Positions 41,926 through 51,916 of a stretch of 64,000 nt of DNA are shown here, one piece after another; the stretch's first letter is position 1; each line of letters starts with the position of its first letter. The stretch is from contig JAJRQA010000035.1 in the NCBI GenBank assembly GCA_024280475.1, positions 5,414 through 69,413 on the forward strand, read 5' to 3'. The translations under genes were made by a program, and so were the position numbers. The notes beneath the pieces were generated by a model. It worked only from the letters and a program-made list of their open reading frames with translations, did no database searches and had not been told where the DNA came from. This stretch comes from Alphaproteobacteria bacterium. Its GTDB lineage: Bacteria; Pseudomonadota; Alphaproteobacteria; Rhizobiales; JAKIUO01.

Positions 41926-43101
41926 ATGAGCACCGATCTCACCAAGGACCGCGTCCTTGAAATGCTGCAAAAAGTCAAGGGACCAGATCAGGACGATGAC
42001 ATCGTATCGCTGGGTCTTGTCTCCCCGATCGTCATTAACAAGGGCAAGGTTTATTTTGCCATTAGCGTTGAGCCAGGTCGCGCCAAAGAACTTGAATCCA
42101 TGCGCGAAGCGGCCGAAGAAATCGTTGGCCGCATTGATGGCGTCGAGTCCGTTGCTGTGACCCTGACCGCAGACCGTGATGCCGGAGAAGCATCAGCACC
42201 TGATACAGGTTCCGGCGGTGGCGGCAGCTGTTCAACCGGCGGCGGCGGGGCTGGCGCTCCTGGTTCTGGTGGCACCGGCGGTCAGATCCCCATGCCAAAT
42301 ATCGGCTCAATCATTGCCGTTGCCTCTGGCAAGGGCGGCGTTGGCAAATCAACCACCGCGATCAATCTGGCACTTTCCTTCCAGGCCAACGGTCTTCGTA
42401 CCGGCATATTGGACGCCGACATTTACGGCCCGTCGATCCCGCGTCTCCTGGGTCTGCAGGGACAAAACCCCGAAGCTGCTGAAAACGATAAGATCAAACC
42501 CATGAAAGCGTTTGGTATGGAAGTCATGTCTATTGGCTTCCTCGTTGACGAAGACGCGCCGATGATCTGGCGTGGACCCATGGTCATGTCGGCGCTGACG
42601 CAGATGTTGCAATTTGTTACCTGGGGCGAGCTCGACGTGCTGGTTGTCGACATGCCTCCAGGAACGGGCGATGCGCAATTGACCATGTCACAAGCCGTGC
42701 CTCTTGCAGGTGCCGTGATCGTTTCAACACCCCAGGATCTGGCGCTGATTGATGCACGCAAGGGTCTTAACATGTTCAAACAGGTGAAAGTGCCTGTGCT
42801 CGGCATTGTCGAAAATATGAGCTATTTCAATTGCCCATCATGTGGCGAGCGCTCAGATATATTTGGTCATGGCGGCGCCAAAAAGGAAGCCGAACGCATC
42901 AAGGTGCCGTTCCTTGGTGAAATTCCACTACATATGGATATTCGCGAAAAATCAGATTCCGGCCAGCCTGTCGTGGTCTCTGACCCAGATGGCCCACACG
43001 CCAAGATCTATAGTGAAATCGCGGAGAAAGCCTGGACAAACGCCGAGGCCCACAAAGCCAAACGCGAAGGCAAAAAGACCAAAATCACCTTGGAAAGCTA
43101 G
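41926..43101 (+). CDS. mrp: Mrp/ApbC Fe-S cluster carrier ATPase with N-terminal DUF59
   Basis: DIVSLGLV, ASGKGGVGKST, DADIYGPS, WRGPM, DMPPGTGD, ENMSYFNCPSC. Confidence 0.95.
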   Translation: MSTDLTKDRVLEMLQKVKGPDQDDDIVSLGLVSPIVINKGKVYFAISVEPGRAKELESMREAAEEIVGRIDGVESVAVTLTADRDAGEASAPDTGSGGGGSCSTGGGGAGAPGSGGTGGQIPMPNIGSIIAVASGKGGVGKSTTAINLALSFQANGLRTGILDADIYGPSIPRLLGLQGQNPEAAENDKIKPMKAFGMEVMSIGFLVDEDAPMIWRGPMVMSALTQMLQFVTWGELDVLVVDMPPGTGDAQLTMSQAVPLAGAVIVSTPQDLALIDARKGLNMFKQVKVPVLGIVENMSYFNCPSCGERSDIFGHGGAKKEAERIKVPFLGEIPLHMDIREKSDSGQPVVVSDPDGPHAKIYSEIAEKAWTNAEAHKAKREGKKTKITLES

Positions 43102-43126
43102 AAGCTTTTTAGTTGATATGAATTTG

Positions 43127-43157
43127 AAAAAGGCAGGTCCTCGCGACCTGCCTTTTT
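43127..43157. terminator. Bidirectional Rho-independent terminator
   Basis: AAAAAGGCAGGTC-CTCGC-GACCTGCCTTTTT. Confidence 0.85.
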
Positions 43158-43200
43158 GTATTTCTCTTTGGCAAATCTGACCACAACATGTGAAAAAAGC

Positions 43201-43914
43201 TCATCCACCGGCAGCCATCATATACCCGACCATACCAACAGAAAAACCTAACAAAGCCCCCAATGGGGGACCATAATGTCGTGCCAATTTTACATTTGGC
43301 GCGATATCCTGAAATACGGAATAAAGAATGCCTCCAGCAGCAAACAACATTATTACGGATATAATAGCTGTATCCTTTGACAACCAAAAATACCCGGCAA
43401 TACCGGCAAGTGGTCCCAATAAGGCCATCATAGAGAACATAGCTATAATTTTTCTAGGCTGGTAGAGCCGCGAGCCTGCCAATTCGCGAAAGGCATTATA
43501 TCCCTCTGGCAAGTTTTGCAAGCCGATCAAAATCGCAAACAAATAGGCATTGGCACTACCGGATAGAAATGTTGCGCCCAAACCCAGAGATTCAGGTATA
43601 AAATCCGCGAGCATTACAGCAAGCTGACTTGCTGGGGTAGAGTTTTTGCTGAGATAGATATCAAGCATCATGAAACTGATACCTCCGGCAAAAAAGCACA
43701 TCAACGCAATTGCTGGAGAGAGGCCCTCAACGCCTTCAGGAACCAAAACAAGCGCAACAGCAGACAAAAGCGCTCCGCCTCCAAATGCCATGACGCTATG
43801 CCCGAACTCATCTGCAAATATTTTTGTCTCGAACTTTTCGATGTGAGCTATAACCGCCCCTAGCGGCATGGTGAGGCCTGCAAATAAAGTGACAACGATA
43901 ACTTCCAGCAACAT
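43201..43914 (-). CDS. ZIP family divalent cation transporter
   Basis: AFGGGALL, DFIPESLGLG, QNLPEG, FAAGGILY; multiple TMs. Confidence 0.85.
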   Translation of the reverse strand: MLLEVIVVTLFAGLTMPLGAVIAHIEKFETKIFADEFGHSVMAFGGGALLSAVALVLVPEGVEGLSPAIALMCFFAGGISFMMLDIYLSKNSTPASQLAVMLADFIPESLGLGATFLSGSANAYLFAILIGLQNLPEGYNAFRELAGSRLYQPRKIIAMFSMMALLGPLAGIAGYFWLSKDTAIISVIMLFAAGGILYSVFQDIAPNVKLARHYGPPLGALLGFSVGMVGYMMAAGG

Positions 43915-43995
43915 ATTTAATTCCAAAATATTCAAGAGGCTTAAGTTGATCAGGCTACCACATGATCGCGGACCCAAATCAGCCAGACATTATGT

Positions 43996-44676
43996 CTATA
44001 TTTTCAAACACTTGCGTTCAAACTTGCGGAATTGCTCGATTGGGAAAGGTTTGTGCCAATTCATATTATTGATCAATTTGAGCGGCTGGGTCTTGCCTTG
44101 CGACTTCAACCAGTATTTTACAACGCAATTGGCGAAGGCATAATGCAATCTGGCTTTGCCGCGCATATAGAAGCGATAAGAGAACGCCAAGTCATCAAGA
44201 CGCGGTTTTTGCACCCCTTTGCGCCCAAGATATCGAGCCAGCGCCTTGCGTGTATATAAACGCCGGTAATCCACCTGCATAGCGAGGCCCTCATCGAACC
44301 AGGTGGGAACAAGAGCATAACGAGCGCTGGTGCGAGCCGCCAATTCGGCATGAACATGTTCATGGGCCATGACATTGCGTCTTGGTCCTTTTTTACCGAT
44401 CACAATAATAGAGGGCAAAAACAGGGCACTACGCGTTGTAGCATGAGAAATATCAAGGCCTAGCAAAGGCTTGGTTGTGCACACCCACAAAGGAGACGAA
44501 TGTGTGTTCCCAAACAAGGTTGCCACATCTTTTTTCGCCAGCGCCACTAGTTTTGCTGGGCATTGAGACTTGGTCATCAACCATGCCACGCCAGCATGCG
44601 TCCAGCTGAAATTGAGCGCAAAGAACAATACAATAATCAATAGTAACACGGAGAATAACCGCCGGATCATTCGCAT
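43996..44676 (-). CDS. Hypothetical membrane-anchored zinc metallopeptidase-like protein
   Basis: AHEHVHAE (HExxH) followed by PTWFDEGLA (gluzincin third ligand); N-terminal TM. Confidence 0.75.
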   Translation of the reverse strand: MRMIRRLFSVLLLIIVLFFALNFSWTHAGVAWLMTKSQCPAKLVALAKKDVATLFGNTHSSPLWVCTTKPLLGLDISHATTRSALFLPSIIVIGKKGPRRNVMAHEHVHAELAARTSARYALVPTWFDEGLAMQVDYRRLYTRKALARYLGRKGVQKPRLDDLAFSYRFYMRGKARLHYAFANCVVKYWLKSQGKTQPLKLINNMNWHKPFPIEQFRKFERKCLKI

Positions 44677-44975
44677 TTACTGATCTCTCCCCATTTTCAT
44701 CGACGTTGAATATATAAGTAAAAATCCGGGAAAATGTGACCCCCACCACACCCGCCATCATTCCAGAACGCTATTTCGTAGATCGACCAGCAATCTTTTG
44801 AGCTAAACACCCTGCAAATGGCTAAATCCCCCTTAAATTGCGGTTTCCCCTTGAACAAATGGTCAGATCAGTCATATTCAATCTAATGAATAAGCTGACG
44901 CATAATTTGATCATCAGAACCCGTATTTGTTGATTAGTCGTGCCGCCAAACATGGATCGGGAAGGATTAATTGTC

Positions 44976-45335
44976 ATGGAAATATTTGAATTGGAACCAA
45001 CGGAAATCAAGCTCAACAAGGGTAAGGATCAGCTCAGCGTTGCGTTTGAAGATGGCGAAAACTTTGAGTTTTCAAGCGAATATCTACGCGTCATGAGCCC
45101 CAGCGCCGAAGTTCAGGGTCATCCTCCCGATCAGCGCAAGACCGTTCCGGGCAAAAAGAATGTCAAAATCACCGGTATTGAAGAAGTTGGCCTCTATGCG
45201 GTCACACTTACCTTTGACGATGGTCACGATACCGGGGTTTATTCCTGGAGGCATCTGTATGATATTGGTAAAAACAAGGATTTCCTCTGGGATCGCTATG
45301 TTCGTGAACTTGAAGAGCAAAGTCTAAGCCGATAA
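44976..45335 (+). CDS. DUF971 / gamma-butyrobetaine hydroxylase-like N-terminal domain protein
   Basis: EYLRVMSPSAEVQGH, VGLYAV, FDDGHDTGVYSW. Confidence 0.92.
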   Translation: MEIFELEPTEIKLNKGKDQLSVAFEDGENFEFSSEYLRVMSPSAEVQGHPPDQRKTVPGKKNVKITGIEEVGLYAVTLTFDDGHDTGVYSWRHLYDIGKNKDFLWDRYVRELEEQSLSR

Positions 45336-45492
45336 GCAATGGCCGATAAGCAATGGATAGGCGGATAACCATGAGATGAATTGGTTGCCCAATTTTTCCT
45401 GGACTGGCGCTAAGATGCCTGCAGGGGATCGCAGATCATTGATCTGTATGGCGAAAGAACCGATCGAACGGTTTGAAAATGTGGAGAATGCA

Positions 45493-46488
45493 ATGACAGC
45501 AAGACAACAGATCAAACGCGGGACGATAGCACTATTGCTGGCAATCGGGGTTGGCACGTCCATGGCGCCGCTGGCAGCACAAGCTGCCAAACGCTTTGTG
45601 GCGATCGGCACCGGAGGCCCAACGGGCGTCTATTTCATTGCCGGCAACGCCATTTGTAAAATGGTGCAAAAAGCCGCTGGCGAGAACCGAAATGCGCTGC
45701 ACTGCTCTGCACCTTCCACCGGCGGTTCGGTCTATAATATCAATGCTCTTCGCGCCAAAGATCTGGAAATCGGCATCGCGCAATCAGATGTGCAACAGCA
45801 CGCCTATCGCGGCACCGACAAATTTGAAGGCCGAAAATTCGAGAAGATCAGAGCCTTGTTTTCAGTGCATGCAGAACCCTTTCAGGTCCTGGTTGGCAAA
45901 AATAGTGGTATCAATAGCTGGTCAGACCTGGCTGGCAAGCGTGTCAATATCGGCAATCCCGGTTCTGGGCAACGTGGCACATTCGAAGCCTTGATGCTGG
46001 CCTATAATGTCGATGGCTCCTATTTTGGCGAAACCAGCGAACTTAACTCCACCGAACAGTCAAAAGCCCTTTGTGATGGGCGCATTGACGCTTTTGGCTA
46101 TACCGTTGGTGTACCAAATGCCGGTGTCGCACAAGCTGCCAATGAGTGCGGTGCACGCATTATTACCCTGGCAGGTAAAACGGTTGATCAGCTGATCTCC
46201 GACAATCCCTCTTATGCCTATTCTTCCATCCCCAAAGGGACCTATACAACGATCGCTCAAGACGTGAATACCTTTGGTGTCCTGGCGACCATTGTTGCAA
46301 GTTCTGATACCAGCCAAGACATCGTCTATGAACTCGTGCGCGCCGTCTTTGACAATCTGGATGAATTTCGAAAACTGCACCCCGCCTTTGCTAATCTTGA
46401 CGCAAAGAAAATGATTTCAGACGGCCTGTCAGCCCCTTTGCACGCCGGTGCTGCCAAATATTACAAGGAAAAAGGCTGGATCCAGTAA
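45493..46488 (+). CDS. TAXI-family TRAP solute-binding protein
   Basis: Signal peptide, IGTGGPTGVY, STGGSVYN, AQSD, GKRVNIGNPGSG, PLHAGA. Confidence 0.93.
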   Translation: MTARQQIKRGTIALLLAIGVGTSMAPLAAQAAKRFVAIGTGGPTGVYFIAGNAICKMVQKAAGENRNALHCSAPSTGGSVYNINALRAKDLEIGIAQSDVQQHAYRGTDKFEGRKFEKIRALFSVHAEPFQVLVGKNSGINSWSDLAGKRVNIGNPGSGQRGTFEALMLAYNVDGSYFGETSELNSTEQSKALCDGRIDAFGYTVGVPNAGVAQAANECGARIITLAGKTVDQLISDNPSYAYSSIPKGTYTTIAQDVNTFGVLATIVASSDTSQDIVYELVRAVFDNLDEFRKLHPAFANLDAKKMISDGLSAPLHAGAAKYYKEKGWIQ

Positions 46489-46534
46489 GCTCAACAATAT
46501 TGAGCCTCACCTTATCGCACCAGCAACGGATACC

Positions 46535-47035
46535 ATGCCCTCTTTCGTCCTGTCTCGCGCACTCATCGTGCATATCAAGGAGCAGTTTTTACTCGACTGG
46601 CTTGGTGTTCATGGGGTTCCACATTGGGCGCGAGTGCTCGTCAATGCTCGGCGGCTTGCAAAACGCACCGGAGCCAATCTGCGCGTCGTAGAACTTTTTT
46701 CCTTCTTTCATGACAGCCAGCGCCAAAGTGAGGGCACCGACCCCGAACATGGTCCCCGAGCTGCGCAATGGATCAGCAGCCTCAACGGCCGTTTCTTTTC
46801 CCTTGATGATCACGAATTGCAGCTTTTACAAACCGCCTGCAAGGATCACTCAAAAGGCTATACCACTGGAGATATTACCGTTTGTACCTGCTGGGACGCT
46901 GACCGGCTCAACCTTGGGCGCGTGGGCATCAAACCAGACCCCGCTTTTCTATGCACGCAGATTGCCCGCGACAAGGCCATCATTGAATGGGCATTCGAGC
47001 GGTGCATTCAAAACCGTCGCTCGAAAAGGCACTGA
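46535..47035 (+). CDS. HD-domain protein
   Basis: HGVPHWARV, FFHDSQR, HG, CWDADRLNLGRVG. Confidence 0.82.
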   Translation: MPSFVLSRALIVHIKEQFLLDWLGVHGVPHWARVLVNARRLAKRTGANLRVVELFSFFHDSQRQSEGTDPEHGPRAAQWISSLNGRFFSLDDHELQLLQTACKDHSKGYTTGDITVCTCWDADRLNLGRVGIKPDPAFLCTQIARDKAIIEWAFERCIQNRRSKRH

Positions 47036-47132
47036 CAATCGGGGAAAATAAACTGATCTATCCTGTTTCAATCTGCCATCGCACCCTATATCCTCATCGA
47101 AGGGTGTACGATCATATTGAATAAAAAAAGAG

Positions 47133-48557
47133 GTGCCCATGTTCCATGCCACGGACAAGTTACCAGCAGCCTTTGCTCGCCAGCTGACCCATAGATTTGT
47201 GCTCCTGCTTGCTGGCATGTTTATCATGTCAATAAGCCCGGCTGATGCTGCAGGGCGATATGCGCTGGTCATCGGCAATTCAGCCTATACAGGCAGTCCA
47301 CCTCTTAAAAACCCAAAAAATGATGCCGAGTTAATCGCCAAAACCCTTACAGAAGTCGGCTTTGAGGTGATCAAGGTTGTGGATGCAGATCAGCGCCAAA
47401 TGCGCCGCGCCATGCTAGATTTCAGCCGCATCTTGCGCAACAATCCTGACAGTATTGGCCTGTTTTACTATGCCGGACACGGCGTGCAGGTACGAGGTGT
47501 CAACTATATGGTGCCGGTCACTGCCGACATTAAAGACGAAGAGGAAGTGCGCTTTGAAGGCGTTGATGTCAACGACTTCCTTGGCACCATGCGCAGCTCC
47601 AAGAGCCGCCTCAACATAATCATCCTCGATGCCTGCCGCAATAATCCCTATGCCGGTTCCAACCGCTCGGGTACACGGGGGCTGGCTCCCGTGCAAGCGG
47701 CCAGCGGCACGCTCATCGCCTATTCAACCGCTCCAGGGGATGTCGCATTTGATGGCAATGGCATCAACAGCCCCTACACTCTGGCCCTGTCACGCTTTAT
47801 CCGCAAACCCGGTCTGGCGGTCGAGACCGTGTTCAAACGTGTCCTCGCTTCCGTTGAAGATGCCACCCAAAACAAGCAGACCCCGTGGCTGACCGGTGCC
47901 TTTCGCGGCGAATTTTATTTCAAAATGAAAGAACAAAAAGTAGCTCAACAAACAGCCACAACCGGAGACACAGCCGCCAATAGCAGTATGAAACGCTCAA
48001 GCGGTTCTGGCCCGGGCCTCGAAAAACTGTTTTGGGAGAGCATCGTCAATTCCACCAATACAGCCTCTTTCAGGGCCTATCTCACAGCCTTTCCATCCGG
48101 TGTTTTCGCGCCGCTGGCAAAACTCAAAATAGTGGAGCTTGAAAAGGCCGGCAAAAACATTGTTGTGGCATCCAAACCGCCCTCAACAACCACAACCGCC
48201 CGCACCGCGCAGCCTGAAGCTCCAAGCAATCCGCCCTCTATTCCCGTAAAGAAAAAAGCCAATATCCTCACCTATCGGGCTATTTTTCCCAACAGTTCGA
48301 AAAAACAGCTCAAACGAGCTGATGTGCAGGGGCTCTCTTGTCATAAATTATGGATCGCCCGCAATGAGATCTTTCACCGCAACGGTTATTGCTTCAAAAG
48401 CGAAAAAGGCATCCGCTATTTCAACAATTCCAATTGCACCTCCTCAGCCCCGAAACTGACAATGCTTGAGCAGCGCAACAAGCGCACCATCCGCACCTGG
48501 GAAATCCGCAAGCGCTGCTGGACCAAGCGCAAAAAGAGCGCAGCAACAGGCAGGTAA
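47133..48557 (+). CDS. Secreted caspase-like (peptidase C14) protein with C-terminal YARHG-like domain
   Basis: ALVIGNSAY, LKNPKNDA, FYYAGHG and ILDACRNNP (His/Cys dyad); C-terminal LWIARNEIFHRNGYCF. Confidence 0.88.
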   Translation: MPMFHATDKLPAAFARQLTHRFVLLLAGMFIMSISPADAAGRYALVIGNSAYTGSPPLKNPKNDAELIAKTLTEVGFEVIKVVDADQRQMRRAMLDFSRILRNNPDSIGLFYYAGHGVQVRGVNYMVPVTADIKDEEEVRFEGVDVNDFLGTMRSSKSRLNIIILDACRNNPYAGSNRSGTRGLAPVQAASGTLIAYSTAPGDVAFDGNGINSPYTLALSRFIRKPGLAVETVFKRVLASVEDATQNKQTPWLTGAFRGEFYFKMKEQKVAQQTATTGDTAANSSMKRSSGSGPGLEKLFWESIVNSTNTASFRAYLTAFPSGVFAPLAKLKIVELEKAGKNIVVASKPPSTTTTARTAQPEAPSNPPSIPVKKKANILTYRAIFPNSSKKQLKRADVQGLSCHKLWIARNEIFHRNGYCFKSEKGIRYFNNSNCTSSAPKLTMLEQRNKRTIRTWEIRKRCWTKRKKSAATGR

Positions 48558-48631
48558 AGCACCAATACTCAATTAAAACTGGCTCGCTTTCTTAAAAGGA
48601 GGCCGCTTATCGTTACAACTATCGAGCAAGC

Positions 48632-48661
48632 AAAAGGCCGTCTTCAGAAGGAGACGGCCTT
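48632..48661. terminator. Terminator hairpin between convergent genes
   Basis: AAAAGGCCGTCTTC-AGAA-GGAGACGGCCTT. Confidence 0.75.
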
Positions 48662-48692
48662 AAATTCTTGTTGGTGGAGGAAGGGCGTATCA

Positions 48693-49103
48693 TCACGTTT
48701 TGGTTGGCTGCTGCTCGTTTAGCGACCAGCCATAGGAGCAATCCAGTTCAATGTGGACGCGATACATGCCGTCCAAGCCATCCTCCAGCATGATGGCCAT
48801 TGGCGATATCTTGTTAAAACGCCGGTTTTTGCGACGCAACCACATCAGCCGCATTTCTCTTGAATGAGGGTGAGATGTTTGCAGGGCGCCATGAATACCG
48901 ACAATCTGCTCAAATCGATCAGCAATCTCTGCTGAAAAAGGAAATGGTACGGCTTTTTGGCGAAATCGAACCAGGTCTCGTGGCTTTGCCAGCTCCTCCA
49001 CTCCCATCAAGCGTACAATATACTCACGCGAGAGTTTCCACTCTTCCAGAATTGTAATGATCTGTGGTGCAACGTCCGATATGTTTTCTTCTGTAATGTC
49101 CAT
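48693..49103 (-). CDS. Xre/MbcA/ParS antitoxin-like (DUF2384-type) protein
   Basis: ILEEWKLS...LMG helical N-terminus; IVGIHGAL...WLRRKNRRFNKISPM pattern typical of the MbcA/ParS C-terminal domain. Confidence 0.65.
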   Translation of the reverse strand: MDITEENISDVAPQIITILEEWKLSREYIVRLMGVEELAKPRDLVRFRQKAVPFPFSAEIADRFEQIVGIHGALQTSHPHSREMRLMWLRRKNRRFNKISPMAIMLEDGLDGMYRVHIELDCSYGWSLNEQQPTKT

Positions 49104-49134
49104 CTGATCGCCTCGTAAAACTTAGGGTCAAAAC

Positions 49135-49443
49135 CTAATGTGTCCAGGCGTGCTTACGGCCATAGCGAAAATTATCAGAATAGGCCTTTTTGATAACGCG
49201 CGGCTTTTGCACCTCGTCCGTCACCTGATAGGGAATGCCGTTACGCTTTGCATAGCTGACAGCTTCTTCCTTGGTGGCAAATTTCAAGCTGATTTGCGAG
49301 CGCATATCATCGCTGCTGGTCCATCCCATCAAAGGCTCGATTTCGCTGGCCTGTTCTGGTTCATATTCCAAAACCCACGTGTCAGCACTAGCCCTGCCCG
49401 ATTGGGTGGCATTTCTCGCCGGAACATAGATCTTTGCAAACAT
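49135..49443 (-). CDS. ETC complex I subunit (NDUFS4-like)
   Basis: AKIYVPARNATQSG, EPLMGWTSSDD, YSDNF; usual neighbour of tRNA-Pro. Confidence 0.93.
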   Translation of the reverse strand: MFAKIYVPARNATQSGRASADTWVLEYEPEQASEIEPLMGWTSSDDMRSQISLKFATKEEAVSYAKRNGIPYQVTDEVQKPRVIKKAYSDNFRYGRKHAWTH

Positions 49444-49642
49444 GAGACACCTTATCGAGCTAAAATCGGGGATTGGAAATTCATGCTTGATATTGAAGCA
49501 TTTAGGGGCGCTCTTCAAGTCCCCATTGGAGATGTCATCCCTGCTCTGCCGAACCCGGCGATAAAATGGGGATTTCCGTTACGAAACTGTTACGGTGATG
49601 ATATGATAGTTATCAATAAGCACCGTAAGTGCTTGAAAAACA

Positions 49643-49719
<77 letters not shown>

Positions 49720-49832
49720 ACATTGTGTTTTCAAGGATATCGGTCGAAATCACGAAGATCTGTTCCTTGACCTAATCATATATATAAACAAAGCTGGAAG
49801 GGCAAGCGTGCAATGAATGAAACAGTGAAGAT

Positions 49833-50357
49833 TTATTGAACCTGCAAAAGCGAATGGATCAATTGATCTCCAGGCTTGATTCCCCAGCGCTCAACGGAGC
49901 CTGCATTGAGCTCCAAAACGCCATATACCGGCTGATCCGACGAAAGCACCCGTTCTGAAAATGGCTCAGTGCGCTCAAATATCCTGGCAATGGTGCCATC
50001 ACGCTTCACGAACAGCATATCAAGCGACAATATGGTATTTTTCATCCACATGCCGATCATTCGTGCGGGATCATAAATAAACAACATGCCATGATCTGGC
50101 GGCATGGAACGGCGAAACATCAAGCCTTGCGCCTGCGAGCGCTCATCAAGGGCCAGTTCGACTTTGAAGCGATATGTGCCATTGCTGGTTTTGATCGACA
50201 AATCGCTCAAGGCGCCTGACTGTTTTTGTTCCGGCATTTGCGAGCCGCACCCCGTTAAGATTAAAACCGCGACCAAAAACATAACAAAAAACAAAAACAC
50301 GCCGACAACTCTTGTTGCCGACGTGTCATTATTTTTTGTTCGGATATTCACAGGCAA
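49833..50357 (-). CDS. DUF192 family protein (possible lipoprotein)
   Basis: QGLMFR, GMLF, MWMKNTILSLDMLF, VLELNAG; LTGC lipobox. Confidence 0.92.
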   Translation of the reverse strand: MPVNIRTKNNDTSATRVVGVFLFFVMFLVAVLILTGCGSQMPEQKQSGALSDLSIKTSNGTYRFKVELALDERSQAQGLMFRRSMPPDHGMLFIYDPARMIGMWMKNTILSLDMLFVKRDGTIARIFERTEPFSERVLSSDQPVYGVLELNAGSVERWGIKPGDQLIHSLLQVQ

Positions 50358-50362
50358 GCCAA

Positions 50363-51022
50363 TTAATGGCTAGCTGGGAAGGTTCCAACAATCGGCTTTA
50401 GTTCTGCAGCCATCAGGCCTTTTGAGCCGTGACCATAGCGAACATAAACCTGTTGTCCAGGTCTCAATTCCGCAAAACCAAACCGACGCAATGTTTCCAT
50501 GTGAATAAAAATATCTTCAGAACCATCGCCTCTCGTCAAGAAACCATAGCCTCTTGTACGATTAAACCATTTACACAAAGACAGCTCCCAATCGCTTTCT
50601 GGCTCAACAATGACATGTGTCCGCTGAGGGATCTGTGAAGGGTGGATCGCGGTGCTATCATCCATGCTGACAAGACGCATGGTTTGCAGACCGCGTGGTC
50701 CTTGAACGACATCGCAGACAACACGGGCGCCTTCATAGGCAGTTTGATATCCGTGGTTGCGAAGGATAGAGACATGAAGAAGAACATCGCCATGCTTGGG
50801 TTCGTCGGGAACAATAAAGCCGTAGCCTTTGGAAACATCGAACCATTTGATTGCCCCGGTAACCTGTTGAACTTCAAGTCCTAGAGCCTCGTGAGGAACT
50901 GGCGCTGGTGCGACGCCGGGAGCCATCCCGATCGAGCCAAATCCCTGCTGCTCACCTGATACCGTATTCTCAGGTGGTAAAATCCCCAGATCGTCGCCGC
51001 TTTTTGATTTATCATTCGTCAT
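50363..51022 (-). CDS. Tandem cold-shock-domain protein (CspD-like)
   Basis: Two CSDs: [13 protein letters not shown] and [13 protein letters not shown]...DIFIH. Confidence 0.93.
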   Translation of the reverse strand: MTNDKSKSGDDLGILPPENTVSGEQQGFGSIGMAPGVAPAPVPHEALGLEVQQVTGAIKWFDVSKGYGFIVPDEPKHGDVLLHVSILRNHGYQTAYEGARVVCDVVQGPRGLQTMRLVSMDDSTAIHPSQIPQRTHVIVEPESDWELSLCKWFNRTRGYGFLTRGDGSEDIFIHMETLRRFGFAELRPGQQVYVRYGHGSKGLMAAELKPIVGTFPASH

Positions 51023-51607
51023 TACAGTAAAACCCCCTAACTGCTTTTTATAATTCATTTTACTTAAAGTGTAACCGCAACCAAATAGACGTTTTACCGA
51101 GCACGCAGACCTCTACTTCTTAACGCTCATTAAAACGACCACTCACTGCATGTCTCAGAATCTAGTATTCGATTAAGGGAGGGTCAAATCATTTTCATGG
51201 GGTGCCTTGGCGGAAACAAATTTACACCACCTTTTTGTCACATAGACAGCACAGAGACAAAATGGAACTTTGACTTTTTATGCAGCTGTTATTAAAGGTA
51301 TTTTTACCTTTTTTAAATGGGTATCGCCTGACATTCCCCATGCAGCTAAAAAAGTTTCCCCATAATAATAAAAATGAAAGTACAAATGTGAATATCTTCA
51401 AACTGAATCACAATAAACCCAAAAAAAGATCAATTCAGCCATCAAGTGATTCGTTTTGACGTAAGCAACATGCACGTATTTGTGCTCGTTCGAGTCAATA
51501 AGACCGTGACAAAATACGCCGATCTCAAATATTCGAGCACACAGCTAAAACACGATAGCAACAAAACTGGAAAAAACGGGATTGTGATCACAACAAACCT
51601 GATGCGA

Positions 51608-51682
51608 TGGTACCCCCTAGGAGAATCGAACTCCTCTTTCCAGAATGAAAATCTGGCGTCCTAACCGATAGACGAAGGGGGC
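51608..51682 (-). tRNA. tRNA-Glu (TTC)
   Basis: GCCCCCTTCGTCTATCGGTTAGGACGCCAGA-TT-TTC-AT-TCTGGAAAGAGGAGTTCGATTCTCCTAGGGGGTACCA; 75 nt. Confidence 0.97.
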
Positions 51683-51916
51683 ACAATATCCAAGTGCAAT
51701 ACAAACACGAAGGCCTGAGACTTGACTAATCGAACCAATACGGCCCGATTGATCGCGAGGGCCGTATTCTCAGAGCCTAAGCAGCCCCGAAGACAATTGA
51801 TATACTGACCATTGCATCCAAACGCAAGAGTTTGATGGCGTTTTTAAGCACTCTGTGTCAAAAAAACTGTGGGATGATCCTGTGCTCTGGCGGTACTACC
51901 ATAAATCAACAGTGTT

